Below, piece after piece: positions 26,712 through 39,350 of a stretch of 64,000 nt of DNA (position 1 is its first letter; each line of letters begins with the position of its first letter). The stretch lies in assembly GCA_965153285.1 (NCBI GenBank), contig OZ229115.1, one strand, 5' to 3'. The notes beneath the pieces were generated by a model. The model saw nothing but the letters and a program-made list of their open reading frames with translations. It did not search any database and was not told where the DNA came from. Source of the stretch: Podarcis tiliguerta (Eukaryota). The position numbers and the translations under genes were made by a program.

Positions 26712-26910
26712 GGACAGTGTGAAGTAGTGGTTAAAGGGCTGGACTAGATCTGGGGAGACCCTGGTTCAAGCCGGCATGAATCTCGTCTTCTGCCTGTTGT
26801 TGTCCCTCAAAGCACAACCCATTTTGCAAGGTTGTTGAAAGGGTAAAAGTGGTGGTGAAAAACTATGAGTTCTGTGGTGGAATGCAGGGATATGGATGTA
26901 AATAAATAAA
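26712..26910 (+). mobile_element. Degenerate tRNA-derived SINE (MIR/Squam3-like)
   Basis: gtagtggttaaagggctggactagatctggggagaccctggttcaag head and a (taaa)n tail. Confidence 0.7.
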
Positions 26911-28239
26911 TAGATGCATGCATGGAAAGTGACTTGGCATGCCTTGGATCACAAAAAGTGTATTATTGGAAAACTTCATTCTTTGCTGTTTTCATTGTGA
27001 ACAGTTACTATAGGGGTTCTCCAAGGAACGTGCTGTTGGTTTCCTTGACATCTGAACATAGTAAATCAGCACATGCAATTTGTGTGGCTCCTCTTCCTGA
27101 AGGATCCTTTAGCTAGGGATAGCTGCAGGTGCCTTCTGTCCTGAGTTGTCGTATAACCTTGCTCTGGCAACTTCTCCATTCACTCTCCTGTGCTAATAAT
27201 TCTGTTGCAGCAAATGGTATAGAAAGCAGTGAAATCTAATGCTGCTCCCAAAAGGATTCACCCTCCCTCTCTCTCTCCCTCTCCTCACACCATCTCTTGG
27301 AATGCTGCTCTCAGGATGATCTAGGAGAAGATGGATAGACCCATGTGTTTCTGTCAGGTGCCTCCTGCCAGACAGCTAATCACACAGATGGAAACTTCAG
27401 GTAGCTTTCTCTGACCTGTGAGGACTGACCTGCAGCACAGAGTGGGAAGAAGGCGGCTTGAGAAGAGACCTCTCACCTTCCATTCCATCTGGCAGACCCC
27501 ACCCTTTCACCATTGTCAGTTTCTTAATAACGTAATTGATCAATGGGCATGGGACTGTCGGCTTTGTAATGGCTGGCCATTTCAGAGGAGTAATTAATGC
27601 ACTTGCATGACCCTGTATCAGTGGCAGACACTTCAAAAGTACACAATCCTTTTGCTTTGAGAGATTGTATTACATGAGAATGCCCCTGTGACGTCAGGGT
27701 TCACCTCCTATGTAGGAAGGCAATGATAAATAGAGAAGTTTCTTCCATAACTCATTTCCTATCCACCTGTTTCTTTATCGACTAGTCACTGAGATCAGTG
27801 GTACAGTTAGGTAATGTTAGACTGGACTAACAGCACAGAGTCAATGATCTTATGGAGACCCATTTCCTGTTTCATCAGTAAAGGTTATTACGGTACTTCC
27901 TTCAAGATGCTGTAAGACCTAAGTTATCCCTGTTTGGGACTCTCCCACTCATTGTGTGCCCTGGAAATCTGCCCTGAAGTCTGGCTTTGACAGCACCACT
28001 GACTGTGTTATCTACTGACTCCTATATAAACACACACACTACATTCATTTAAACACAAAGCTGCCTCTTTTCTCAAGTACCCGTCTCTTCTCTTTAGTGG
28101 CTTTCTCCCCCCCCCCCCAATTTTTGTCCATTCCCTTTAAAAAACAAACAAACATATTTCAATTCAGTTTGTCCATGTATAACTCTTGTTTACATTATGT
28201 GGTCACACAGCTTAGAATTATCCTGGACAGAATTAATCT

Positions 28240-28613
28240 GGAAGCGGGTGGTGCTGTGGTCTAAACCGCTAAGCCTCTTGGGCTTGCTGATCAGAAGGTT
28301 GACGGTTCGAATCTGCGCAACAGTGGTGAGCTCCTGTTGCTCTGTCCCAGCTTCTGCCAACCTAGAAATTCGAAAGCATGCCAGTGCAAGTAGATAAATA
28401 GGTACTGCTGTGGTGGGAAGGTAAATGGCGTTTCTGTGCACTCTGGTTTCCATCACGGTGTCCCGTTGTGCCAGAAGTGGTTTAGTCATTCTGGCCACAT
28501 GACTCGGAAAGTTGTCTGCGGACAAACGCCGGCTCCCTCAGCCTGTAGCGAGATGAGCGCCACACCCCATAGTCACCTTTGACTGGTCTTAACCGTCCAG
28601 GGGTCCTTTACCT
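28240..28613 (+). mobile_element. Sauria SINE, older copy
   Basis: Same head and body as 14842-15197 (ggttcgaatc, aacctag..ttcgaaagca, gtagataaataggtac), ending ggggtcctttacct. More CpG decay than the other two copies. Confidence 0.9.
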
Positions 28614-29475
28614 GCAAAACATTCCCCTTCCTTGTGTGCAAGAATTGGATATGCCCCCATCAAATATGAAAGGTGTTCTGACTAAAGTATACTGCTGCTT
28701 TAAATTTAAGAACAACACATATAGCCCAATCTTATACATGTTTACTCAGAAACAAATCCTGCTGAGTTCCCCAGTAAGCATGCAGACAATTGCAGGTTTC
28801 GTTTTAGCACACTTTGTGTGAGACACAAAGGGAGCAAGCAGGGGATGGATGGACATTCAGCTGAATATCTCTTGAGAATCTGACTGGTGAACGAAGGATG
28901 GTGGTAAATTGCCTGCTTACTTCTTTTGTGCCAGAAAGAGCAATCTGAAGGAGAATTGGAATCAATCCAAACTCCCACCGGAGTAGGCTGAGGTCAGAGG
29001 AGAACGTGGAAGGTTATTTTGCCTTAAAGAGTGGCTCAAGCTAATGCCCGCGAACATCTCTGCCGGCATCGATCATGAAGACGAGGCCAGTTCCATTCCC
29101 TGTTCAGTTGCCTCTACTAATAAATGTCTTCTGCTTCCTCCATAAAAGTTTCACACAGTGTTTGTGTGAGAGAAAGATTAGAGACCCAGCAGAGCAAATG
29201 CCCAGAAGTAATTTCTCTAGAACCAGAACAGACTCCATCCTTCCCCCTCCCCCTCATAATGGCTTGTCTGTGTACAAGAAAAACCTTGTCTGTTTTATTG
29301 GTATCTTTTAATTCCCTTCATTGCAGCTCCTTATGTTTCTGTCTGGCTGATTTGTGTTTATAGTAAGGTGGCTTCCCATGCATCACAAAATAGAGGATGA
29401 AAGGTGTCAAAAGTGGAGACAGATTGGCATAGACTGATGTACATATATTGATGTGTATGGGGTGTTAGGGGAGGG

Positions 29476-30279
29476 GTAGTACCTGCCAGGCTTCTTCTGG
29501 GGTAATTTGTCCACCTTTGGTCCCCACCCTGCACTCAGCTCTCACCTGCGGCTCCTAGAAGCTGTCAGCATGTGACCATAGCCACACCCTGGGAAACAGC
29601 TTTAACTGGTCAGCTAAACCAGGTGAGAGTAGTCGATGTGTCTCAAACCCTCTGTGCATTAATGACTTCCCCTTGCCTGTGAAGTCAGGCTCTGGTAGAT
29701 GAGGCCAACAGATGAGGCCAAGAGTGGGTCCAATGGTCAAGAAGGTGGTTTCTGCATGTGTTGTAGAGGGAAGTGAGGGGCAGATGGGGCTCATCAACCT
29801 GGGAAGGGAGCCATGTAAGAGAAGAAATACTCTGACCCCAGATCTCTGATGCCTTGCAGTTATTTGTCAAAAAGGCTTCAGGATTTAACCCTGAGTTAAA
29901 ATCCATACCCGATGCCTTTGAGAGAAGAAAGGTCTAAGGAGTAAACCCTTCACAAATCCAGAGTGGAGCCTTTAAACGGCTGAATGGCGCCTTGTACACT
30001 TCCTTCTGACAACTCCTGGAGCCAAGCTGCTGTCAAACGTATTGCTCTGCTTTCCTTTGGACCACATCAACGAAGCCCATTGTCTTGTTGTCTGGGCAGC
30101 TGAGGACCTCCATACACACTGCCCAGGCTTGTGCCCTGGAGAGGTCACTTCGGTGCTGCTAACATAGCGAAAACAATGTGGGAGGCAGCAGTTATGAGTT
30201 GCCGGTCTCTGCATGGCACGTGCTGTGATTCTCCAGTGGTTTGATTTCCCCCTTGGAGGTGCACTCCAGTGTATCTTGA
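29476..30279 (+). mobile_element. Probable 5' region of an RTE-clade LINE, cut off by the assembly gap
   Basis: Non-coding ~800-bp block with gggagccatgtaagagaagaaatactctga, resembling the ggcagcc..ggagaaggaaaactctga motif I recall from RTE 5'UTRs. It abuts the N gap, as repeats often do. The family call is from memory only. Confidence 0.45.
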
Positions 30280-30428
30280 NNNNNNNNNNNNNNNNNNNNN
30301 NNNNNNNNNNNNNNNNNNNNNNNNNNNNNNNNNNNNNNNNNNNNNNNNNNNNNNNNNNNNNNNNNNNNNNNNNNNNNNNNNNNNNNNNNNNNNNNNNNNN
30401 NNNNNNNNNNNNNNNNNNNNNNNNNNNN
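30280..30428. other. Assembly gap (149 N)
   Basis: Run of n characters. Confidence 1.
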
Positions 30429-32048
30429 GTGGGGGAAACTGTGCATTTTCTCAGTCTACTGTCCAGGTTCTAGCAGTTGATGGGCAACATCAAGACTCCT
30501 GTTCTTCCTTCATAGGGGCTTTGGGTGGCATTCAATGGAGCACCACAGGTTCCCATCCCATCCCATCCCATCCCATTCTAATCCATAGCCAAACTGCTAT
30601 CTGGCACTTCCTGTGCATTTCCGCAGGGCAGCATCTTGGTGTAAAGAGATGGTGCCTGGAAGACCAGTAGGATGGAGACTAAAGGAGGCTGAATGTGCTT
30701 GGTGGTTCAGGGTGGAGTTTGATGGGCAGATAGAGTGAACAAAGGAACCTTTTGAGCCAAGTAGAAAGGAACTTGTCTGCTTATGCTAGCACTTCAATCT
30801 GATATTTTACTCCTCCCTGGAGAGCCTGAGGAGGCAGCTAAAACGCCATATCAAGCCCTGAGACCTGACAAGCTTGTTGAAAGAATCCTAGGCTGCTGGG
30901 ATTTGTAAAAGAAACCAATTCCTTCCCAGAGCCTTGTTTTGCCTGGGCATTGCTGGAGCTGAACGGGGTGTGGGAGACTCTGATATCTTCATCCGATTAG
31001 TCAGATCTGAAGCAATTACAACTTCATTAGCTAAATAGGCTCTTCTGTTTCCCACCCTCACCACTTCAAGGCTTTGCCCTTGGGATCCTGCTGTTAAGAG
31101 CTGCACAGAGGAAGGCTAGAGTAGGAGGAGGAGGAGAGCTGCATGGTGCTGGCCAAGATAAGGAGAGAAGAAGCATTGCATACAGCTCATTTGTCAGGCC
31201 TGAAATGGAGAAGGGAGATCTGGGTTGAAAAGGAGCTATAAGAGACATCAATTTAACATGCTTTCAGAGACTCATAGTATATGGAGGGACCTTCAAGATC
31301 ATAAAACACTCCAGGGGCCAGCCTTAGGTAAAAAATGAGGGGACAAACTCAGGGGGCAGAGGGTGGGAGGCAGTGGTGGCAGGCCATGAAGTGAAGAGTT
31401 TAAGCAATGAAAAAGGACAATATTATAAACAGTTTAAAACAAACTACAGTCATAAGAATAGGATGGGTCCATCTATCTGTCTGTCTCATGTGTCAAAGGG
31501 CAGAGTAAAGAGATACATCTTCAGGATTCATCATGCAAGTTGAGAGTTCCTTCTTCCATGTAATGATTTAGATTTGCACACATTTGCATAAGGGTAAAAA
31601 CAATATTTCTGAAGCAAGAAGTGTACTCTTTGTTTTTATATGACACAAAAGTTTCATAGCAAAAAATCATTCTAGAAGATCATTCTACATGTGTGAGGGA
31701 AGGCAAGATGCTTCTTTTAAAAGGTCACCTACAATTTTTATATTGTACTTGTATAGAGCTTTCAAGTTTTCAAAGTGCATCAGATGCATTATCTATTTGT
31801 AATTCAGGTTTCCTATGCTTCATTTTGCAGGGGCGGCTTTCTTAAGGCCATACAGTTAGTTCACAGTAGAGGTGAGATTTGAGCTAGGGACCTCCAGATT
31901 CATTGTTTATTCTCTTAGCTACTACACCAGCTCTCATAAGCATTTACATCAATAATATTTTTTCTATAGAATTAGGAATGGACACAGGTGGGGAGCCCCA
32001 GGTAGTCAATTAGTATAAGTCGCCCACAAATCATCAGAGAAAACGAAG

Positions 32049-32245
32049 GGTGGAATTCAGTGGGGTATGTGTGTGAGAAATGCAGTAGGACTTTCATTCC
32101 ACAGACCTCCCCCAAACCTGTTCTGCGTTTCCCCCAACCCCACAGAGTAGATTTAGGGGGCTTGAGCAATGGAGGTGGGATAAAAGTCCTGTTGCATGAA
32201 CAGACCTCATTCCATGAATGCCAACTACTTAGCTGAATTCTGTCC
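32049..32245. mobile_element. Fold-back MITE
   Basis: Ends ggtggaattcag / ctgaattctgtcc; inner arms aggactttcattccac / gtgggataaaagtcct. Confidence 0.6.
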
Positions 32246-33006
32246 ACACATTGGGAATCTCCATTATCCAGGAGCATATCAATTTGAGACCTCTCCAGGG
32301 GTATCTAGTTGGTCAGTTAGAACAAGATTCTGGACTAGATGGGCCACTGGCTTAATTTAGTGGGGATCTTTGTATGTTCTTGTTAGACCCTCACTACATT
32401 CATAGTCAGAGATATAAAATAGTAGAAAATGAATCTGTATTCCTTGGTGTGATGGACACTGAGCAGTGTAATATTTTGGAATGAGAATTCTGGGATGGAC
32501 AAAGTCCTCCTTTGTCTGAAGTCATGACCCAGTGTTCATTTGCCAAGCAGAGCTCAGCTCTTAGGTACAATGGGGCTGTTATCTAAGTGGATCCATGGGA
32601 TGAGAAACCAAGGAGCAGGCAGAAGCTCACAGGAGCAATCAATATAAGGTCTATTTCGTAGGCTTTTACTTAGATTGTGCTATTCCTGAAATAGAGAGCA
32701 GCTGGGATCTAACTGGATTGCCTTGGGGAGTGAAATGATATTTAACTATTATGGTAACGCGACACCCCTTGAGTGGGTTGTCATCAGCATGGATTGAATG
32801 GGGACTGGGGAGGGAGACTGCGCCTTCGGAGTGCAGATGAGAACTCCTGCCTTTTTGAAAGCATTTTGCATTCTGAGTTCTTGACAGAAAAGGCCCTCCA
32901 TTCTCCCCATCTTCTAATCATCCATTGCAAGCGATCTTTTTCACATCACTGAGCAGTTCTTCAAATGAAAAGGAAGCTGTGCAGCTACTGAACAGAGAGC
33001 GGCACT

Positions 33007-33035
<29 letters not shown>
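33007..33035. repeat. (TG)n microsatellite
   Basis: Direct reading. Confidence 0.97.
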
Positions 33036-33037
<2 letters not shown>

Positions 33038-34667
33038 GAAGAAACACCCATAACCATTTAACAGAGCACCAGGGTCTTCCAATCTCTGGGCTGCTCCATC
33101 TGTTAATATAATTTTCCAGAAGGCAAGATTTCACTCAGACCTTCTCCGGCTCCTGTACATTTATTGGCAGCTGGCTTTGCTCCTTCCTAAATGGATGCTT
33201 GCTTATGCATCACCTATATGATTTCCCCTTGCAGTCGTTTGTCAGGTAGCATATGCCATTTCGAAATGGCAGAAGGGCAGAGAGATGACCGAAGCAGTAC
33301 AGATCGTTAGCTGCACCTCGGGAGGACAGCCTTTGAAAACCACTCTTGCAATGTTTTCAAGCATCGGGGTAGCTTTTGACTTTTTGTTTATCTCCCTTGT
33401 ATCAAAAGGTGGTTTCACTCCATACTACCCCAGGGTGGCCAAGTGTCCTACTTTACAAGGCATTTGAAGGCAGTGCTCTATTTGAAGGACTATCCAGTCC
33501 AAGTCCTATTTAAAGTGAAAGAAGCATAAGAAGCAGCCTTGAAGTTGCCCATTGACACTTAACATCTGGAAAACAAACTGAGCAGGCACAAAGATCACCT
33601 GAGCACAGCCTTCCCAACAATGGTGAGCTGTACTGCATTTCTATTTAAGTTAGAGTTATCATTTTTTAAATTTGTGCCTAAGCATAAAAATTAACGTATA
33701 CAATTTTTATGCAACTCTATGCCCTCTTTTTTTCCATTTTCCTTTTGACTTTGCGTAAGTGGCCACACTATACCACCCAAAGATGATGTGAGTTTCCTGG
33801 TTTGTGTACTTACCACGGGAAACTGTAGCCCATCAGGACCTCCTTTTAGCATTCTCCCATAATAATTGCTTGTTTGTCAGTGATAGATCTTACATTTTAG
33901 CATGCACAATATTGGGCAATTTGTGATATGCCAACTTACCTTGCAGGGTTTTTGTAGGGATGTTCTGAGATGATGGGGATGAAGTACCTTGAACATTCCA
34001 GGAATTATGTAAGTATTTATATCATCACCATTAATATTACTAGCCAACTGACAGCAAATATACAGTTAACTTTAATTTCTGGTGTTGATTTTGCCAACTG
34101 GGCTTAGTAAACCAGATGCTAAAAATAAATGACGTATAACTTTTCAGAGCATTTCCATTAGAAGCCACAAAACACTACATATGGCAGAACTGTTTGATGC
34201 AGATGCATACATAGTTACAAGAAAGCTAATATTGAAAGTGTTCTGTTTTATCACTCACATTTGATTTAATAGCTTTTTCGCTTCGAGCACTGCAGAAAAC
34301 AGAAGAAAAAATAGTGAGCAAAACATACCAACATTTATGCCAGCACTGCTTTTTTTTTTTTTTGCATGTAAAAGTCAGCCATTTTGCATGTGAAATTTGC
34401 TAAGAAAGCATTTGCCCGTGAAACCATCTCTGCCAGCTATTTATTTAGTCTTTGCTGCTCCTTTTCAAAAAGAAACATCTTTGGCTATTTTCAGCAATGA
34501 TAGCTACAGCCTGATCCTCAAGAGCCCTGTGTTCAGTGATATGAGCAAGGAACTGATCTATCTAACCATTTTAAGTTCCAGCTACCAACCTAGCTGCGGG
34601 GCCATTCTTCCTCTCTTGCGTAGGAGACAAATGAATGTCGTACTTGGCATCTCTTCTGAACAATATT

Positions 34668-34673
34668 TTTATT
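34668..34673 (-). terminator. Candidate distal polyadenylation signal of NFASC
   Basis: tttatt on + = AATAAA on -, preceded on the sense strand by U-rich and UGUA sequence (tctttttgtatagagaacactaaacatAATAAA). Confidence 0.45.
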
Positions 34674-36269
34674 ATGTTTAGTGTTCTCTATACAAAAAGA
34701 AAATCAGTTTTCTTTACAGTGATTCAAAAACATTTCTGAATATTTTGGCCTTTTTCAAATCGCTCATGCAGTCCATATATTAAACATGTCTCCGTAGTCT
34801 GTAAAGCTACTCACTGTAAGTCATTCTTTACAGTCTCAGATATGCATTCATCTATTGGAAAGCAGATTAACACAGAATGTCCTTTTTTTATTTGTTTAAA
34901 AAGAAGGCAAATAATTACATAGAATGTATTGGAGCAATGGGGAGGACTTTAAGGAACAGGGTGTGTGTGAGAGTGTGGATATTTACAAATTAAAAACAAA
35001 CAAAACAAACAGAAAGCAGTACAATAATTTGTTGGTGGTGTTTGAAACCTCCATAGTGCAAAGGGTGGTCTCTCCGCTTTCATCGGTTCAACACGAGGGG
35101 GTGGGGGCCCAAGACTGCCTTCTGACATCACGATCATACCATGAAATTTGCTTGAAAGGGACAGATCAAGAGAGAGGCACTCCTGGGTTACATGGAGAGC
35201 CACATGACATTCTGGATTTCTTACTATCAGAAAAGTCTTGCTGGCTCTTCTTATTTAAGATGAGCTGCAATGCGTAAAAGAAAATGGATTTCACATTTTA
35301 TTACTATCATTATTATTATTATTGCTTAGCTGAAGACTTCTGACGCTAGCATAGAATTAAGCCTGGTGCAAGGCATGCTTCCTTTATAGGTCAAAGTCAA
35401 TATTCCACATTTCACATTCTCTACATTCCGGGAAGTGAAAGTAAGGTTTGTTTTCTTTCCTGCAGCTGCTATAGCTGAGATGAGGGGAAAGGCCGCAATA
35501 GGTCATTATGAGTCAGGTGAAACACGTAAACAAGAAGCTGAGCCCTAATGGAAATCAATGACTGGCACTCTCCTCGGATATTCCTGACAGGTAGCAGGGT
35601 TGTATCTTGTTTAGACACATGAATCCAGGTCATTATAGGCAGATCGATGGCAGGGGTCAGGACTCTGTTATGCTAGTTGACCTGTGGGTCACTTCTACAG
35701 GGTGGTAATTGAGTGGAAAGACAATGTCAGGATTGTCCAAGATCATGTTTCCTTTGCTGTAATTGTAGCATCACCAGCACACAAGGCAGAATATGTGTCT
35801 CCCCTACTCTAATGTTCCACAGAAGGTGACGGTGTTCATTTAACTGCCAAACTGCCGCACACAAAATAAGCTATGGAGATTGCCTCCTCTTTGAACTTGC
35901 TGGCTCAACTTAGCAAGAGTGAAGGCAGGCAACAACATCTGGAACTGCCTGCAATTTCCCCAAAACATGAAGGATCTGCATAACGGACACATGGGTCAGA
36001 TCTTTATTTGTAAAGTTAAAAATGGAAATAAACCTATTATAGTTTTCAACACAAGCCATGAATGGTATAATGGGTGACTGAGTGGCATAGCTGATGTGGT
36101 TACACGACCCAACATCTCAATAACCTCTGGAGTCAGGAACAGGAAACTGTTCAAAATGTCAGATGTTACTACACCTGCCTGGTATGCAGGATGAGCATAG
36201 GGGAACAGGTTCCATATCTGTTGTGATAAGTTGGCAGTGTGCTCTTTCACTAGTCCTTACGATTGGAAT

Positions 36270-36403
36270 AAGGATGGGGAATCTGTGATCATCCAGATGC
36301 TGGGCTCCAACTCCCATCGGCCCCAAGCAGTGTGCCCAATGGTGAAGGATGATGGAACTTGCTGTGGTCCATCATCTGAAGGGCCACAGGTTCCCTATCC
36401 CTG
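36270..36403. mobile_element. Palindromic hAT-type MITE in the putative NFASC 3'UTR
   Basis: aggatggggaatctgtg..tccagatg..aactcccatc / gatggaactt..catctgaagggccacaggttccctatccctg. Confidence 0.7.
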
Positions 36404-37740
36404 TATCTCAGCAGCCTTAGCAGTCGAGAAGACTATAGATGATGTTTCAACAATGGCTGCCTACTTCTCTGACTGTGTTGCTTGCACCACACTCAATTCT
36501 TAAAGTGGAACACGTCAGTGAAGATTTGTTCAGATTGTTAGTCTCTTGGATGGGGCTAAGAGGACTGCTAAAGGCAATTCCACAGGAAAATGCTTGTCTC
36601 CTAGCATAATGAATATTAAGTTGCAGAATTGGACCTGCTATCAGGTGTAAGACAGAAGAGCAGAATTCAAATTAGATAGATGGATCTCTCTCTCTCTTTA
36701 GTTCACTCTCTCTTTAGCCTATGCAATCAGGTCTTCTTGAGGCAGTCAACTATCAAACTGGCCCCAAAGTCAGTGAGCACCCTATGGTATTTGAAACCTT
36801 GTGTCTTGCCCCTAGCTTAACAAAGCTTGCCACATCCCTCTCAAATATTTTATCCCATCCAAGTGCTAAGTAGGTCCAACACCCATTAGCTTCCAAGATC
36901 AAATGGCATCATGTGTGTTCACAGTGGCATGGAAGTATGCCTCTGAAAACTTAACTAAAAGTAGCATCTACAACACAATATGCATTGTGCCTGGTTTCAT
37001 AGCTGCATTTAACAATAGTCTTAGATGTTATTTTATTGTAAACGCATTGCTGTTGATGGAAGCGACCTCAAATACTGTGCATGAGACAGAGATATAAACC
37101 TTTTCAATAAAATACAATAAAGTCTACTTATGGCTGTCTGTTCTATAGCAGTGGTTAAAGAAGCCGTCAATGCATGCCACATTTTGTCCATTGTTTGGTT
37201 TCCCTCAATACTCAGCAACGGTAAGAGCCTTTCCAGCTGATCTCTTTTCATTTTGCATAAAAGCATTTGCTGCTCATTCAGACTCCCAGATGTTGTTGTT
37301 TTCAAGGTAGAACTCTGTATAGGAATGTTGCATATTCTCAGCACTCAAAACTGTATTTCAAAACTGGGAAATACAATCTTTCTCCTGGGTAGCATGCAAT
37401 GTGCAATTCTTAGTGGTGTGTGGAATGTGGCTAGTCAGGGCTGGTAGCTTGGCCCCACAACCATGGGAGCCTGGAACCATGGGTGCCATGTAGTGTGCAT
37501 GGCCCTGGCACCTAAATTTGTGGGTGTCCAGTACCTTCATGGGGAATTTTGTGGGTGTCCAAGCACCCAGGACCCCAGGGAGTTGGCACCTATGTGGATA
37601 GTGGAAGCATCTACTGGGTAGAGGGAGACATTAGTGGGGACAGCCATCTCCTCACACTCACCAATTTGTGACATTTTCAAATTATGTCATTCTTCCAATG
37701 CTCTGGAGTCCTTTGGAAGCCCAGGAATGTCCCCATAGTC

Positions 37741-37879
37741 CAAGGAGTGGGGAAACTTTGGCCCTCCAGATGCTCCCCAACTACAACTCCCATCAACCCT
37801 AACAAGCACGGCTCATTGCCAGGGATTATGGGAGTTGTAGTTCAGCAGCATCTGACAGGCCCAAGGTTCTCTACATCTG
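37741..37879. mobile_element. Palindromic hAT-type MITE in the putative NFASC 3'UTR
   Basis: Perfect inner arms aactacaactcccat / atgggagttgtagtt; outer arms ggccctccagatgct / agcatctgacaggcc. Confidence 0.8.
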
Positions 37880-39219
37880 CAGTAGCCCCTTAAAGAAGGG
37901 CATACAGCAGCAGGTGTCCCCCTCTGTAGTAATGCCCCAGCAGTTTGTGCTGTTTTCTTCTTTGAATGCAGTGTGCTCTTGCATTAGAGCCCATAGATTC
38001 CAAAGTTAAGAAAAGCAGTGAGCACACACGTAACTCTCCCTTGCAGCTGAGGTCCCCTTCCCCATCCATTACTAGAGGGTGGGGTAGCGTACTACTCATA
38101 CTGGACTGGGGATAGGTTGAGTACCTTGCTGCAGGAAAAGTCCAGGCTTCTAATAATTCGGAAAGGCTTCCTTAGCTTGTCTAAACCCATCTCAATACAC
38201 ATCCTTAAATGGCTCCAGGGCAGGGGTGAGCAATTTGCTCTCTACTGGGAAAACCATACCCACATTTATACAAGGGCGCCCACAGAGAATACAACAAGGA
38301 ATGAGTTACTGGCAGTTCAATGACTTTTCAGGGAAGGAACCTATTTAGTTGATTTATTCCTTATGAGAGAATTCAAGCCTGATAAAGAAACATCTCACCA
38401 AGTGTTCTTGGCTTTTATTTCTGTTACGTTTATATAGGGCTTTAATAATAAGATATGTAGCTTCCGAACTCATCTCTCATCTCTTAAGCACAAATCCATT
38501 CCTGAGGTAAGTATACTGACTATAATGGCAAATGCTAACAATATTTTGTCAACTGTAAGTTAGACTTATTCTTTCTGCTGCAGTTAAAGGAAAGCAAATG
38601 GCCTGGTACTGGAGCAGGTTTTGCAAATAGCATTGCATGCAGAACCCTGTCAGATCTGGTTTCAGAATTGCCTTCTAAAAGAACACAGCCATTTAATGTT
38701 TTTGTTAAAATTCAATCTTTCCTCAGCTTTCATCAAACTCCTGCAAGGCATCTCTACATCCACTAAAAGTTAGCCCACCCGCTTAGCCACAATGTTTTTC
38801 AAACAGATGGTATGAGGGAGGCTTGGGAGGAAAAAACACATGTGCACAGAATAGGATTGCAGGCACTGCTGGCTACGTACGATAGACTAAATTTGGTTGT
38901 TTTTAAAAGGTCTCATATAAAGCTGGCTACATATGCCTGGTTTTATCTTGTGACTTGTAGATAGGCCAAAGTTAGCCAGGTCCATCTATATAGGAATGCT
39001 GCCTTAAGTTTAGGGACAGTATACATAATGCTAGAAATTTGTAGTTTGTGGGCTGGATTGGAAAACATATGTGTAGCATTTTGGGAGGTGCCACTTTCAG
39101 TGGTGCCACTGTGCAAACAGTTCAAATGCATGCAAAGTGCATTTAGTTGTGTTGCAGTATGCTCTCAGTGGTAGTGCGTGTTTTCTTGCGAAAGGTACCA
39201 AGTTGCGTCCCTGGCACCA

Positions 39220-39350
39220 CCAGAGAGGGTGAACCTGTGGTCACCCATCCATTTGGTGCCATCTCCCATCCACTCCAGCTAGCATGGCCAATGGCCAGGG
39301 GTGACAGAAGTTGCAGTCTGGCAACATCTAGAGACCACAGGCTCCCTATC
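39220..39350. mobile_element. Degenerate hAT-type MITE in the putative NFASC 3'UTR
   Basis: gaacctgtggtc..tcccatcc..gcatggccaatggccaggggtgacagaagttgcagtc..aacatctagagaccacaggctccc. Same family as 36270-36403. Confidence 0.6.
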
